DNA of 63,341 bases, the filler included, from Kipferlia bialata (taxonomy: Eukaryota): NCBI GenBank assembly GCA_003568945.1. It is 7 parts of 6 records of this genome, joined end to end, with 100 filler letters (N's around TTAATTAATTAA, not from the genome) between each part and the next. Parts side by side here need not be neighbours in the genome. Positions count along the whole stretch, not along the records: positions 58,479 to 63,341 come from BDIP01001390.1; 6 more parts are not named here. One strand, 5' to 3'. A program made the position numbers and the translations under genes. Under the pieces are notes generated by a model. The model was given only the letters and a program-made list of their open reading frames with translations. It did not search any database and was not told the DNA's origin. Positions 62,481 to 63,341 of the stretch are shown here, piece after piece (position 1 is the first letter of the stretch; the number at the start of each line of letters is the position of its first letter).

Positions 62481-63341
62481 ATCAGCTGGAAGGGGTGTAT
62501 GTCACGTTTGTGTCGATGTCTTTCTGTCTGCCTATGGATGTAGTGGGAGTCGTTCTTGGGTGTATGAGGAAAAGAGTGTACCACTAATCCCTAAGTGCGT
62601 TGATGCCCTCATGTCAGAGTAGGGTATCGGATGACTTGAGCAGTTTACTGTACACCAACACGTCAAGCCCTCAATTAGGGTGGTTATGTCTGTAGAATAC
62701 ACAACCATACGAATGCAAAAGGCTCACATATTCATTGAATGACTAGTCTTCCACATACAATAACTTTTGGACCCGCTCTTATATTGATTTAGCAACCATG
62801 CCCACCAGAATGCATCCGTAGGCCTGTCTAACATCCCTGGACTACTCTTCCTTGATACCCCACCATAGAGGTCTCCTGTCACTGCAAAAGCAGTTCCCGT
62901 AGAATATAGTCCTACGCCACTGTCAATATTCCACAAGCAACTAATATTCTGTCACACAAAGAGGCGTCGCTGACATATGGGTTATTTAAGGACATGAGCT
63001 ATATGAAAGTTCCTGATGCAATTGTGTTAGCCTACTGGGCTTTCTCTCTATTGTATACTGCCAACTCCGAATAAAAAAGAGTGAAAAGAGAGAGGAACAT
63101 AAAGATAACTCTCCAATGATGAAGGTGACAATCTATAGACACGATACATGGCATTCTGCGGTATATATGTATCAAATCGCTTACTCTCTTTCTTCGACAA
63201 ACAACGAGTTTATTGCCATTCTCCTTCAGTATAAATGTATGTGACCGGCTGGGTATGAAACCAGCAGAACAAGCTAGGTCTAAACGTCGACGAGAGGAGC
63301 CACTAGCACTGCTTCTCCCGACCCCTGCCAACGCAGGTCTG

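Noticed and set aside
62600..63341. Short ORFs at the window end
   Set aside because: No recognisable motifs or consistent splice structure.

Overview
This is eukaryotic, intron-dense DNA. Seven unrelated contigs (1-10874, 10975-21847, 21948-32820, 32921-43780, 43881-54721, 54822-58378, 58479-63341) are joined by artificial 100-nt N44-TTAATTAATTAA-N44 spacers. PFOR, microsatellite-rich GT-AG introns with the branch point next to the 3' splice site, and an expanded kelch-like family suggest an anaerobic fornicate protist such as Kipferlia (inference). Manual exon stitching gives: DPH7, a calpain domain-III-like protein, the 5' end of PFOR, half an MFS transporter, a SET-domain protein, an LCAT-like acyltransferase abutting an Aurora-like kinase C-lobe, a CUB-like receptor, a bacterial-type YdeI/OmpD-associated protein, a sodium:solute symporter, a MORN-coiled-coil-DnaJ protein and five kelch-like genes (one a pseudogene). 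The most striking signal is that introns carry tandem partial copies ('echoes') of the neighbouring exon end plus its splice site. These echoes differ from the real exon mostly at synonymous positions, although they lack the partner splice site needed to be normal exons. All gene models are read by eye and are unverified by RNA-seq or database searches.
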